NCBI GenBank assembly: GCA_022614965.1
Contig: JAKEHO010000043.1
Span: forward strand, 10,950-74,949
Direction of reading: 5' to 3'
From: Gammaproteobacteria bacterium
Lineage (GTDB): Bacteria > Pseudomonadota > Gammaproteobacteria > JAKEHO01
DNA length: 64,000 nt
Every line of letters begins with the position of its first letter. Positions within the stretch are counted from its first letter, which is position 1. The notes beneath the pieces were generated by a model, which was not told the DNA's origin, ran no database searches, and saw only the letters and a program-made list of their open reading frames with translations. The position numbers and the translations under genes were made by a program. Shown here one piece after another: positions 22,703-31,042 of this stretch.

Positions 22703-24727
22703 CTAGCCAGCCTTAAGATCTGCCAGACCCAGGCCGTAGGATTGGATACGCTTGATCTCATCCCGGATCCGTGCAGCCTCCTCAAACTCCAGATCCCGTG
22801 CGTGCTTGTACATCTGGTCTTCAAGCTGTTTGACCTTTCGCAACAGGGTCTCGATCGGCATCGCTGCAAACTCCATTACTTCTTTTGGCACACTGTCCAG
22901 TTTGCGGTACGGTGTCTTCCCATCAACATACGCCCCTTCCATGATGTCAGTAACCGCCTTTTGCACGCCACGCGCCGTGATCCCATGATGGCGATTATAT
23001 GCCCTTTGTTTCTCTCTACGGCGCTCCGTCTCATCAATGGCGCGCTTCATCGAACCCGTCATGGCATCAGCGTACAGAATGGCCTTGCCATGGATATTAC
23101 GGGCAGCACGTCCAATCGTCTGAATTAAGGTCGTCCCCGATCGCAGAAATCCTTCCTTATCTGCATCCAGGATCGCGACGAGGGACACCTCTGGCATGTC
23201 CAGCCCCTCACGCAGCAGATTGATACCCACTAAGACATCAAATTTACCTAGACGCAGATCACGGATGATTTCCACCCGTTCCACAGTATCAATATCAGAG
23301 TGAAGATAACGCACGCTGACGCCGTGTTCGGACAAATAGTCGGTTAGATCCTCCGCCATTCGCTTTGTCAGGGTTGTCACCAACACCCGCTCGTCAGCAG
23401 CCGCTCGTTTGTTGATTTCAGAAAGCAAGTCGTCCACCTGAGTCGAGGCAGGCCGAACTTCCACCTCCGGGTCAACAAGCCCAGTCGGCCGTACCACCTG
23501 CTCAATGACTTGTCCTGATCGACCCAATTCGTAAGGCCCCGGTGTTGCAGAAACGTAAATCGTCTGCGGCGCCAAGCGCTCGAACTCATCAAAACGCAGT
23601 GGGCGATTATCCAGTGCAGAAGGCAGGCGAAAACCATATTCCACCAGATTCTCCTTGCGGGAGCGATCCCCGCGGTACATGCCGCCGAGCTGCGGGATAG
23701 TGACGTGACTTTCATCCACAATCAGCAAGGCGTTCTCCGGCAAATAATCAAATAAGGTCGGGGGCGGCTCGCCAGCCTGGCGACCCGACAGAAATCGAGA
23801 GTAGTTTTCGATGCCTGCGCAGTAGCCAATCTCGATGATCATCTCGATGTCGAATCGCGTCCGCTGTTCTAGTCTCTGCGCTTCAACCAGTTTATTCGCC
23901 CGGTAAAGCTCCTTCAGCCGTTCATCGAGTTCCGACTTAATTGCTTCTACGGCATCCAGCAGGGTCTGACGCTGAGTGACGTAATGCGTCTTTGGGTGGA
24001 TGGTAACTCGAGGAATTCGACGCAAAATCTCACCGGTCAATGGATCAAAATAGAGAAGTGATTCGATTTGGTCATCGAATAACTCAACTCGCACGGCTTC
24101 TCGTTCGGATTCCGCAGGGAAAATATCGATAATATCTCCGCGGACCCGATACGTTGCCCGGTGAAGCTCCACGTCGTTGCGGGTGTATTGCATTTCCGCA
24201 AGGCGGCGAAGTATTGACCGCTGCTCCACCTTATCGCCACGATCGAGATGCAGGACCATACTAAGGTAGGCCTTTGGATCACCCAAACCATAAATGGACG
24301 AGACGGTTGCGACGATAACCGCATCAGGGCGCTCAAGTAGCGCTTTGGTCGCTGAGAGACGCATTTGTTCGATATGTTCGTTGATGGATGCATCTTTTTC
24401 GATATAGGTGTCGGTCGACGGAACATAGGCTTCCGGTTGATAGTAATCATAGTAAGAGACAAAATACTCGGCTGCGTTATCGGGCAAGAACTCGCGCATT
24501 TCCCCGTAAAGCTGCGCGGCCAGCGTCTTGTTTGGAGCCAGGATCAAAGTTGTTCGCTGGACTTCTTGCATTACATTCGCGATGGTAAACGTCTTACCGG
24601 AGCCGGTAACCCCTAACAAGGTTTGATGGGCAAGCCCATCTCTAAGCCCCCCGACAAGGTCTTTGATGGCCTCTGGCTGATCACCAGCCGGTTTAAAGCC
24701 AGCTCTGATTTGAAATGGTCGACTCAT
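22703..24727 (-). CDS. uvrB: Excinuclease ABC subunit B
   Basis: [57 protein letters not shown]-terminal UVR coiled coil. Confidence 0.99.
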   Translation of the reverse strand: MSRPFQIRAGFKPAGDQPEAIKDLVGGLRDGLAHQTLLGVTGSGKTFTIANVMQEVQRTTLILAPNKTLAAQLYGEMREFLPDNAAEYFVSYYDYYQPEAYVPSTDTYIEKDASINEHIEQMRLSATKALLERPDAVIVATVSSIYGLGDPKAYLSMVLHLDRGDKVEQRSILRRLAEMQYTRNDVELHRATYRVRGDIIDIFPAESEREAVRVELFDDQIESLLYFDPLTGEILRRIPRVTIHPKTHYVTQRQTLLDAVEAIKSELDERLKELYRANKLVEAQRLEQRTRFDIEMIIEIGYCAGIENYSRFLSGRQAGEPPPTLFDYLPENALLIVDESHVTIPQLGGMYRGDRSRKENLVEYGFRLPSALDNRPLRFDEFERLAPQTIYVSATPGPYELGRSGQVIEQVVRPTGLVDPEVEVRPASTQVDDLLSEINKRAAADERVLVTTLTKRMAEDLTDYLSEHGVSVRYLHSDIDTVERVEIIRDLRLGKFDVLVGINLLREGLDMPEVSLVAILDADKEGFLRSGTTLIQTIGRAARNIHGKAILYADAMTGSMKRAIDETERRREKQRAYNRHHGITARGVQKAVTDIMEGAYVDGKTPYRKLDSVPKEVMEFAAMPIETLLRKVKQLEDQMYKHARDLEFEEAARIRDEIKRIQSYGLGLADLKAG

Positions 24728-24802
24728 GGGGATTCTGTTAGGTCCTCAGTTCAAGTATATTACACCGCCTTTTACCCATTGATTCAGCGCGAGGATTGAC
24801 GA

Positions 24803-25990
24803 TTGGACATTAAACTCTCCACTAGGGCCATCGCGATTAGACCGTCTCCAACCCTAGCGGTCACCGCGCGCGCAGCGGCCCTCAAGGACTCTGGTCGTGA
24901 CATCATCGGGCTCGGAGCCGGCGAACCCGATTTCGACACACCGGACCACATTAAAACCGCAGCCATTCAGGCAATCAATGACGGATTTACCAAATACACC
25001 GCTGTTGACGGCATCGCCTCGCTAAAACAGGCCATCGTTGAGAAGTTCAATCGCGAAAATCGCCTGAGCTATGCGAAAAGCCAGGTGCTCGTCTCCTGCG
25101 GCTGCAAGCACAGCTTCTTTAATATGGCACAGGCCCTGTTGAACCCTGGAGACGAGGCCATCATCCCGGCGCCCTACTGGGCCTCTTTTCCAGATATGGT
25201 CCGGCTTGCCGGGGCTGAACCCGTCATAATCAAAACCGGACTAGAACAAAAATTCAAGATCAGCCCACAGCAATTGCGAACAGCGATCACTGCGAGAACC
25301 AAACTGCTCGTGCTAAACAGTCCATCTAATCCAACTGGGGCACATTATTCAACCGAGGAGCTCGCAAGCCTCGGGGAGGTCTTGCGTGGCCACCCACATG
25401 TTCTCATTGCTTCAGATGATATGTACGAGCACATCCTCTGGAGTGGCGAGTCCTTTTGCAATATCCTCAATGTATGTCCGGATCTCTACGAGCGGACGGT
25501 CGTTCTGAACGGCGTCTCCAAATCCTATGCCATGACCGGTTGGCGCATCGGCTATGCCGCCGGCCCTGAGAAACTCATCCAGGCGATGAGTAATATCCAG
25601 TCTCAGAGCACGTCCAACCCCACTTCCATCGCCCAAATCGCTGCACGCATGGCGCTGGAAGGTGACCAGTCATTGGTTGCTGAGCGCTGTCAGGTCTTTA
25701 AGGAGCGCCACGACTTTGTCCATGAACAACTGAATAAAATGGACGGGGTAACGAGCATCCCGTCGCAGGGAACATTCTACATCTTCCCCAACATGCACGG
25801 CGTGATCGCACGGCTTGACAACGTTCACAATGACATTGAGTTTGCTGAGTATCTATTGGAGAATGCCGGTATTGCGATGGTGCCAGGATCGGCGTTTGGA
25901 GCGCCCGGGCATATGCGCGTGTCTTTCGCGGCGAGTATGAAGACACTTCAGAAGGCCATGGACCGGCTTCAGTCGGCACTCGCAGCCTAA
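24803..25990 (+). CDS. Class I/II PLP-dependent aminotransferase (aspartate aminotransferase-like)
   Basis: LGAGEPDFDTP, TKYTAVDG, NSPSNPTG, SDDMYE, NGVSKSYAMTGWRIGY. TTG start after GAGG. Confidence 0.95.
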   Translation: MDIKLSTRAIAIRPSPTLAVTARAAALKDSGRDIIGLGAGEPDFDTPDHIKTAAIQAINDGFTKYTAVDGIASLKQAIVEKFNRENRLSYAKSQVLVSCGCKHSFFNMAQALLNPGDEAIIPAPYWASFPDMVRLAGAEPVIIKTGLEQKFKISPQQLRTAITARTKLLVLNSPSNPTGAHYSTEELASLGEVLRGHPHVLIASDDMYEHILWSGESFCNILNVCPDLYERTVVLNGVSKSYAMTGWRIGYAAGPEKLIQAMSNIQSQSTSNPTSIAQIAARMALEGDQSLVAERCQVFKERHDFVHEQLNKMDGVTSIPSQGTFYIFPNMHGVIARLDNVHNDIEFAEYLLENAGIAMVPGSAFGAPGHMRVSFAASMKTLQKAMDRLQSALAA

Positions 25991-26072
25991 CGGCGCCTTG
26001 CGCGCACCAGGCTGTTCCGCAGACGAGTTGACCAGATCAGGCCCCAAAAAGTAGCATACGCAACCTTGTTTT

Positions 26073-26148
26073 TCCCCGGTAGCTCAGCTGGTAGAGCGGG
26101 TGGCTGTTAACCACTAGGTCGGCGGTTCGAGTCCGTCCCGGGGAGCCA
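26073..26148 (+). tRNA. tRNA-Asn(GTT)
   Basis: TCCCCGGTAGCTCAGCTGGTAGAGCG-GGTGG-CTGTTAA-CCACT-AGGTCGGCGGTTCGAGTCCGTC-CCGGGGA-GCCA. Confidence 0.97.
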
Positions 26149-26323
26149 TACTCCCTTGTCTTGGGCCAAGGCGAACATCGCCGATACAGTAACCACCGAC
26201 CACCCTCGTCACTCAGCACTCTTTCCCATCGCCAGCCGTGCGAGTCCGGCATGAGACATCTCGTGTCAGGGAATGATGAAGGTATTCTACGGTGAGTTGT
26301 TATAATTAAGCAGTGGGAGAGCG

Positions 26324-26383
26324 ACCTAACCATTGAACTGACGGGCGCGCGTCAGCGCGTCCCGGTCGAGTGATTTGTTAGAG
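26324..26383 (-). repeat. attC site 3 (60 bp)
   Basis: CTCTAAC-AAATCACTCGACCGGGAC-GCGCTGACGCGC-GCCCGTCAGTTCAATG-GTTAGGT. R''/R' boxes and an imperfect palindrome with bulged bases. Confidence 0.85.
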
Positions 26384-26390
26384 CGCATTC

Positions 26391-26666
26391 TCACTTTGCC
26401 TTTACATCTTCTAGCTTCACACCGCGGCCAGCCCGCAAACTGGCGCGCGCAGCGTCAACCCTCTCCAAAAAACGTGGGTCGTTCTCAAGACGATAGTCGA
26501 ACCAGTCGTCCTCGGACTCAAACCCAATCAATACTCCCGCCGGCTTGCCGTGGCGGGTAATGAGGATCTCCTGCTTCTCTGCCTCGCGGAGAAATCTAGA
26601 CAGGTCGTCCTTTACTTCCGATAACGAAACCTTCTTTACTCGGGACTTCCGAACTGCGCCAGCCAT
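26391..26666 (-). CDS. Phd/YefM family antitoxin
   Basis: VSLSEVKDDLSRFLREAEKQEILITRHGKPAGVLI is a Phd-type N-terminus. Confidence 0.88.
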   Translation of the reverse strand: MAGAVRKSRVKKVSLSEVKDDLSRFLREAEKQEILITRHGKPAGVLIGFESEDDWFDYRLENDPRFLERVDAARASLRAGRGVKLEDVKAK

Positions 26667-26929
26667 GATTCTGCCTCCGATTGTGCTACTATCGCCAACA
26701 CCTCTACGGTCGAGCCAGAAACGTCGTAGAAGATACGAAGTTCTTCAACTCGAAGCCGAAACTGCGGCTTCGAAACACCGCGCAATCGTTTGATTCTGCT
26801 ACGGCTTACTTTCGTCGGCTCATACCTCAGATGCGTTTCAAGTGCCTCGCGGACTACGGACCTGAGATTTGCGTTAAGCCTCCCGAGGTCCTCAACTGCC
26901 TCCGCAGCAAGAATGATCCCAAAACGCAT
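26636..26929 (-). CDS. RelE/ParE family toxin
   Basis: IILAAEAVEDLGRL, IKRLRGVSKPQFRLRVEELRIFYDV. Overlaps the antitoxin start. Confidence 0.85.
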   Translation of the reverse strand: MRFGIILAAEAVEDLGRLNANLRSVVREALETHLRYEPTKVSRSRIKRLRGVSKPQFRLRVEELRIFYDVSGSTVEVLAIVAQSEAESWLAQFGSPE

Positions 26930-26966
26930 TCTGGCTATATTATAGCCAGATTTATTGAGATGAGAA
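26930..26966 (-). promoter_or_regulatory. TA cassette promoter with palindromic operator over the -10 box
   Basis: Minus strand TTCTCA-16 nt-TATAAT. TATAAT sits inside a perfect 10 bp inverted repeat, TCTGGCTATA-A-TATAGCCAGA (26930-26950), which directly precedes the toxin ATG. Confidence 0.7.
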
Positions 26967-26974
26967 AGTACGCG

Positions 26975-27040
26975 CTCTAACGACCTGCCGATAAGCTGCG
27001 GGCACCGCAGGCGACCGTCAGCTTCATCGGCGTGTTAGGC
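26975..27040 (-). repeat. attC site 2 (66 bp)
   Basis: GCCTAAC-ACGCCGATGAAGCTGAC-GGTCGCCTGCGGTGCCC-GCAGCTTATCGGCAGGTC-GTTAGAG. The cld stop TAA is in R''; L''/L' pair with extrahelical bases. Confidence 0.92.
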
Positions 27041-27595
27041 CGCCACATCGCGTACGAGGCGGATATCCACCTCACGGACTACGTACTTCCATTCCTCCGA
27101 CACACGCAAACTGACTACGAGTTCCTCGAAGGCCACCGAGTGTTCTGGTGCGTACTCGAACCAGGTGAGGAAGTCGAAGGGCTCACCGAGATCGCGGCTG
27201 TGGTGCAGACGACGCGCGACGGCGGGCAGGTATCGCAATCCAGTCTTGATGTGTTCCGACCGCGTCTCAAAGATCTCCCGCCTCTCGTCTTGAGTGAGCT
27301 CCCACCACGCGTCCGACTTTCGGATCGGGATAAGCGCCGCATAGACAGCCTCCGGCCGACCAGGCGCGGGCTGTTTCGCCACGAGTAGCTGCCGCTCGGC
27401 GCGCGTTACGTACCGTTCGTTGCTGGTAACGCCTCGGAGCAGCCAGAGCGCGCCCTGCGGAGCCGAGGCGACAAGCGAGGTGACCACTTCGGCACGCGGA
27501 GCTTCAGGCAGAGGCTCACCGATCACCGCGTCCGTTCGCATGATCCGCCATTCTCCGGTGAGTCCACCGACAAACGTAAACATTCGTCCGGTCAA
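27035..27595 (-). CDS. cld: Chlorite dismutase, short (clade 2/dimeric-like)
   Basis: 186 aa. WLLRGVTSNERY, ALIPIRKSDAWWELTQDERREIF, HIKTGLRYLPAVARRL, DLGEPFDFLTWFEY, EEWKYVVREVDIRL match, from memory, the short Nitrobacter-type Cld. Candidate proximal His115 and distal Arg128 are present. Confidence 0.88.
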   Translation of the reverse strand: MTGRMFTFVGGLTGEWRIMRTDAVIGEPLPEAPRAEVVTSLVASAPQGALWLLRGVTSNERYVTRAERQLLVAKQPAPGRPEAVYAALIPIRKSDAWWELTQDERREIFETRSEHIKTGLRYLPAVARRLHHSRDLGEPFDFLTWFEYAPEHSVAFEELVVSLRVSEEWKYVVREVDIRLVRDVAA

Positions 27596-27656
27596 TTCCT
27601 GCCTCCATCAAAACGGAGTCTGCAACCTGCTCTACGCAAGTCCGCGATTGGTGGCG

Positions 27657-27728
27657 GCCTAACGTCTTGCATAATCGGCGGCCTAAAGCATAACTTTAAG
27701 CGGTCCGTGTTGATGCGATTGTTAGCAC
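27657..27728 (-). repeat. attC site 1 (72 bp)
   Basis: TGCTAAC-AAATC-GCATCAACACGGAC-CGCTTAAAGTTATGCTTTAGGC-CGCCGATTATGC-AAGAC-GTTAGGC. Confidence 0.88.
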
Positions 27729-28556
27729 GCATTCCAGTGCCTCAGTTCGTTCTAATGGTACGAAAATGTGGTCTTTAAGTGTCGGATCAGTGAATCCGCC
27801 TATGTTGTCAATTCGTGTGATGCCCGCATAGGTGTCGTTGCTTGTCTTGCATATTCGATAGGGCATATATTTCAAGCTCCTCAAGGCGCTCAGCAACTTT
27901 TCATTGCGAATAGCTCGATGTTCGTCCTCGCTTCTCGTGGGCAATATTTCCATAATGATAATGGGTTGATCCCGATCAATTAGCGGTGACATTGTTTCAA
28001 TAACCTCGAGTTCTGCGCCCTCAACATCTATTTTAATGATGGCTGCCTTGTCTTTCGGTAAGCAACCGCAAATTGCTTCATAACGAAACACAGGGACAAA
28101 TTTTGTCATCCTCCCCTGCGGTATGGATCTTAAGTCTTTAATTATCGTTGATCCCCCATCAGTATCGCTTGAACCGGAAAGTTCAACTATCCCATCCATA
28201 TTGGATAAACCTACCGGAACTATCATTGCTTGATTCCAGAGATTCGAACTGATTAGTCTCTGAAGGTAAAACAGGCAGGATGGGTTTGGTTCAAAACCAA
28301 CGTACTGTCGGCTTGCATCTAGGGTGCTTACTTTGGCAAGCGTTTGCCCTAGATTCGCTCCAACGTCATAAAATACGCCATCCGCAAATTGGAACAACTC
28401 TCCCAATAGTTCGGACATCCACTTTTCCCCGCTTACGCCAACCTTTACTCCGTTAATGATGGGGACATATATCTTTTTGTTATTCAATGTCCTTGTGGTG
28501 CTGAGGTTGACTATGGTCGAAAGCCTCTTGCCAAGGTGTTTTAGTTGTTTCTGCAT
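27696..28556 (-). CDS. FkbM family methyltransferase (cassette gene)
   Basis: YDVGANLG, VGFEPNP, IKIDVEGAELEVI. Visibly AT-rich; the reading frame runs into attC1. Confidence 0.88.
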   Translation of the reverse strand: MQKQLKHLGKRLSTIVNLSTTRTLNNKKIYVPIINGVKVGVSGEKWMSELLGELFQFADGVFYDVGANLGQTLAKVSTLDASRQYVGFEPNPSCLFYLQRLISSNLWNQAMIVPVGLSNMDGIVELSGSSDTDGGSTIIKDLRSIPQGRMTKFVPVFRYEAICGCLPKDKAAIIKIDVEGAELEVIETMSPLIDRDQPIIIMEILPTRSEDEHRAIRNEKLLSALRSLKYMPYRICKTSNDTYAGITRIDNIGGFTDPTLKDHIFVPLERTEALECVLTIASTRTA

Positions 28557-28595
28557 ATTCTATGGTCGTCCTCGTAAAGTGCTGCGTAATATGCG

Positions 28596-28614
28596 TGCTA
28601 ACTTTAAATTCGAT
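28596..28614 (-). other. Candidate attI simple site
   Basis: Minus strand ATCGAAT-TTAAA-GTTAGCA: degenerate L box, 5 bp A/T spacer and R box at the start of the first cassette. No R'' partner upstream. Confidence 0.45.
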
Positions 28615-28659
28615 TTCAATTCTGCCGTATAAGCCGGCAGACTACGCCGCATAATCCAA

Positions 28660-28782
28660 GGGGTCAATTTTCAAGGTCTTGATTTATGCCACGCCTCAAA
28701 GAGGATCACGGCGCTGAAATAAATCTGGTGATTTCTAATCCGAAAGCGAACCAATCTGTGATAATTGTCAAGACTTGACCCC
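28660..28782. mobile_element. 123 bp MITE-like element with GGGGTCAA/TTGACCCC terminal inverted repeats
   Basis: Ends GGGGTCAATTTTCAAGGTCTTG and CAAGACTTGACCCC share a motif with termini at 30832-30851 and 32738-32753. Contains a 30-codon ORF MPRLKEDH... (28686-28778). Confidence 0.55.
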
Positions 28783-28808
28783 CTGCGCCCATTGGATGCT
28801 AAGTGTGG

Positions 28809-29228
28809 TTAAAAACGATCATTCCCAACTATGCCTAAATTGTTGATTTTTGTCTTTCTCAAAATCTTCAACAGCAGATTTCTGCAAAATCTAAGAAATG
28901 GATAAATAATTTTCGAAAGCATCCTGGAGCGGAATATCCAGTAATTGATGCGATTGAAAACTCCGGAACGACTGCCATTAAGGGCCAGTGCATGAATGGC
29001 GTCTGCGCCGTAATAAAGCGCACCACCCATCTTCAGTACCATTCCCTGGTCTATATCGAGGCCTGCTGCTGTGATTTCATTCATGATTTCACTTGATTCC
29101 CTGGCATCAACTAGCTTGAGTTTCCCGACGGAACCCCTAATACGAACCATCCGGCAATAATTATCACAGGCAGGACACTGCTTGTCGTATACAAGAAGTA
29201 TGTCATTATCTTTTATCGCCCTGTGCAC
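28809..29228 (-). CDS. DCC1-like thiol-disulfide oxidoreductase (DUF393), cassette-like
   Basis: LVYDKQCPAC (DxxCxxC), LDIDQGMVL, LYYGADAI. Preceded by GTTAGAA (29242-29236); its stop TAA is inside TTTTAAC. Confidence 0.85.
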   Translation of the reverse strand: MHRAIKDNDILLVYDKQCPACDNYCRMVRIRGSVGKLKLVDARESSEIMNEITAAGLDIDQGMVLKMGGALYYGADAIHALALNGSRSGVFNRINYWIFRSRMLSKIIYPFLRFCRNLLLKILRKTKINNLGIVGNDRF

Positions 29229-29434
29229 AATTGCCTTCTAACGGTTGAATCAGTGGCGGTGTTCCGCCCTGGCGCACCGGCGTAAGATCATAGGCCGCGC
29301 TGGCATGATTCAAAGCATGGGGCCACAATGCTTGAAGTCCGGGATCCACATTTCATAGTGAGATTACGTTACTATTATGCAAACCGTGACTCAGAAGATA
29401 AAAAATATCAAAAACTCCGACTCCCTGTTTCCGG

Positions 29435-30733
29435 TTGTCCGTGTCTGACGCCACCCTTGCCCGCAGCCTCGGTCTCGGCGCTCTGGTGTTCTACGGCATC
29501 GGAGATATCCTCGGGGCCGGCATATACGCCCTGGTCGGCAAGGTGGCGGGGGCCGCGGGCGATGGCGCCTGGCTTGCTTTCCTCTTTGCCGGATCCCTCG
29601 CGCTGGTTACGGGCCTGAGTTATGCGGAGCTCTCTGCAAGAATTCCCCACAGTGCTGGCGCCTGTGCGTATTGTGCAAACGCCTTCCCCCATCCTTTTTT
29701 TCCCTTTTTGACAGGCGCACTAGTTCTCGTTAGTGGAGTGACATCAACGGCAACGGTGGCGCTCGCCTTTCAGGGTTATCTCGAAGTGTTCATGGCGCTG
29801 CCTGTAATGTTCACGGCCATTTTTCTCATCCTCGCCATCAACACGCTCAACTTTGCGGGCATCCGCCAGTCCGCAGCAACCAACAACCTGTTCACCATCA
29901 TCGAGATGAGCGGCTTGGTGCTGTTTGTGGTGATGTGCATGCGCTATGTGGCATCGACGCATACGCCGTCAGACCTGATTGAAAAACTGGCGCCCACCGC
30001 GGATGTCGCCGCAGTGGTTGCGGGCGTGACGATCGCGTTTTATGCATTCATCGGATTTGAGGACTTGGTCAACCTCGCGGAAGAGGCCAGAGATCCGGTG
30101 CGCGATCTGCCGCGGGCAATCCTCAGCGCAATCGCGATCACCAGTCTCCTCTATCTGCTGGTGATCTTCACCGTCCAGTGGACCATGACGCCCGCGGAGG
30201 CATCCGCCTCACAACGGCCGCTGCTCGACGCGCTCGAACGCGCGGGATTGCCGATCCCGGCATGGGGGTTTGCCTTGATCGCCGTGATCGCAATCGCTAA
30301 CACCGGCCTTGCCAACAGCATCATGGCGTCGCGCCTGCTATATGGCATGGCGACACAGGGACTGCTTCCGAAGCGGCTGGCGCAGGTGCACGCGCGCCGC
30401 CTTACCCCCTGGCTCAGCATTCTGGTGACGGCGCTGCTATCAATACTGCTGGTCATCACTGGCGGTGTCACCGTGTTGGCGCAGACGACGGGCTTTCTGC
30501 TCGTGACCGTGTTCCTCATCGTGCATATCAGCCTCATCCGCATACGCCGCCGCGATGGAGAACAGGTCGGCCGATTCAACGCACCGGCTTTCAACCCGTA
30601 TCTTGGAGTTCTGCTCTGTGTCCCGTTGCTGACACAATTTCCCCGCGAGGTCTACGAGCGGATCACACTAATCGTTGCTGGCGTGGGTATTTTGTTTGCC
30701 GTGATGCAGTGGAGTCAGAGACGATCTTTGTAA
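29435..30733 (+). CDS. APC family amino acid permease
   Basis: LARSLGL, GIGDILGAGIYALVG, SYAELSARIPHSAG, FYAFIGFEDLVNLAEEARDP, SRLLYGMA. About 12 hydrophobic segments. Confidence 0.92.
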   Translation: MSVSDATLARSLGLGALVFYGIGDILGAGIYALVGKVAGAAGDGAWLAFLFAGSLALVTGLSYAELSARIPHSAGACAYCANAFPHPFFPFLTGALVLVSGVTSTATVALAFQGYLEVFMALPVMFTAIFLILAINTLNFAGIRQSAATNNLFTIIEMSGLVLFVVMCMRYVASTHTPSDLIEKLAPTADVAAVVAGVTIAFYAFIGFEDLVNLAEEARDPVRDLPRAILSAIAITSLLYLLVIFTVQWTMTPAEASASQRPLLDALERAGLPIPAWGFALIAVIAIANTGLANSIMASRLLYGMATQGLLPKRLAQVHARRLTPWLSILVTALLSILLVITGGVTVLAQTTGFLLVTVFLIVHISLIRIRRRDGEQVGRFNAPAFNPYLGVLLCVPLLTQFPREVYERITLIVAGVGILFAVMQWSQRRSL

Positions 30734-30831
30734 AGCGTCTTTTCAATACACTTGCGCAGGTTTCAAGTGCTCTGACCACTTGAATTTCTGATGAATTACA
30801 ATCGGTCGAATATCAGTAAACGATAAATGTA

Positions 30832-30851
30832 TTATTGCAAGGCCTGACCCC
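30832..30851. repeat. GGGGTCAGGCCTTG element terminus
   Basis: Plus strand TTGCAAGGCCTGACCCC, same motif family as 28762-28782 and 32738-32753. Confidence 0.5.
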
Positions 30852-31042
30852 GATCCTCAGACCTCGCACTTGTTAGGCATAATTAGTCGAGCCTCACTCA
30901 TTTTATTCGTGCAGCTCCGCCCTTCATCGTTGGCAACAGCTCAATCGACGAAGATATCCTGCAGATTGTCCCTATCGCGTAAACCACGTGATGTTAATTG
31001 AGCATGGGGCTCGCTTCAACGGATTACCATGCTCAAAGTAGT

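Larger units (their letters stand above)
26324..28602 (-). mobile_element. Integron-type gene cassette array with no integrase in the window (CALIN-like): FkbM, Cld and RelE/Phd cassettes
   Basis: Three attC sites, each just downstream of a minus-strand gene unit. Each cassette's first bases complement its own R'' box: TTAGCA/TGCTAAC, TTAGGC/GCCTAAC, TTAGAG/CTCTAAC. Confidence 0.88.

Noticed and set aside
24735-24749. LexA box in the uvrB promoter
   Set aside because: It reads CTG-N9-CAG, not the required CTG-N10-CAG.
26037-26333. 98-aa minus-strand ORF after the last attC
   Set aside because: It runs antisense through tRNA-Asn and has no closing attC, so it is not a credible cassette gene.
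26324-27728. CRISPR array
   Set aside because: The repeats differ in sequence, are separated by whole genes, and have attC structure. No cas genes are present.
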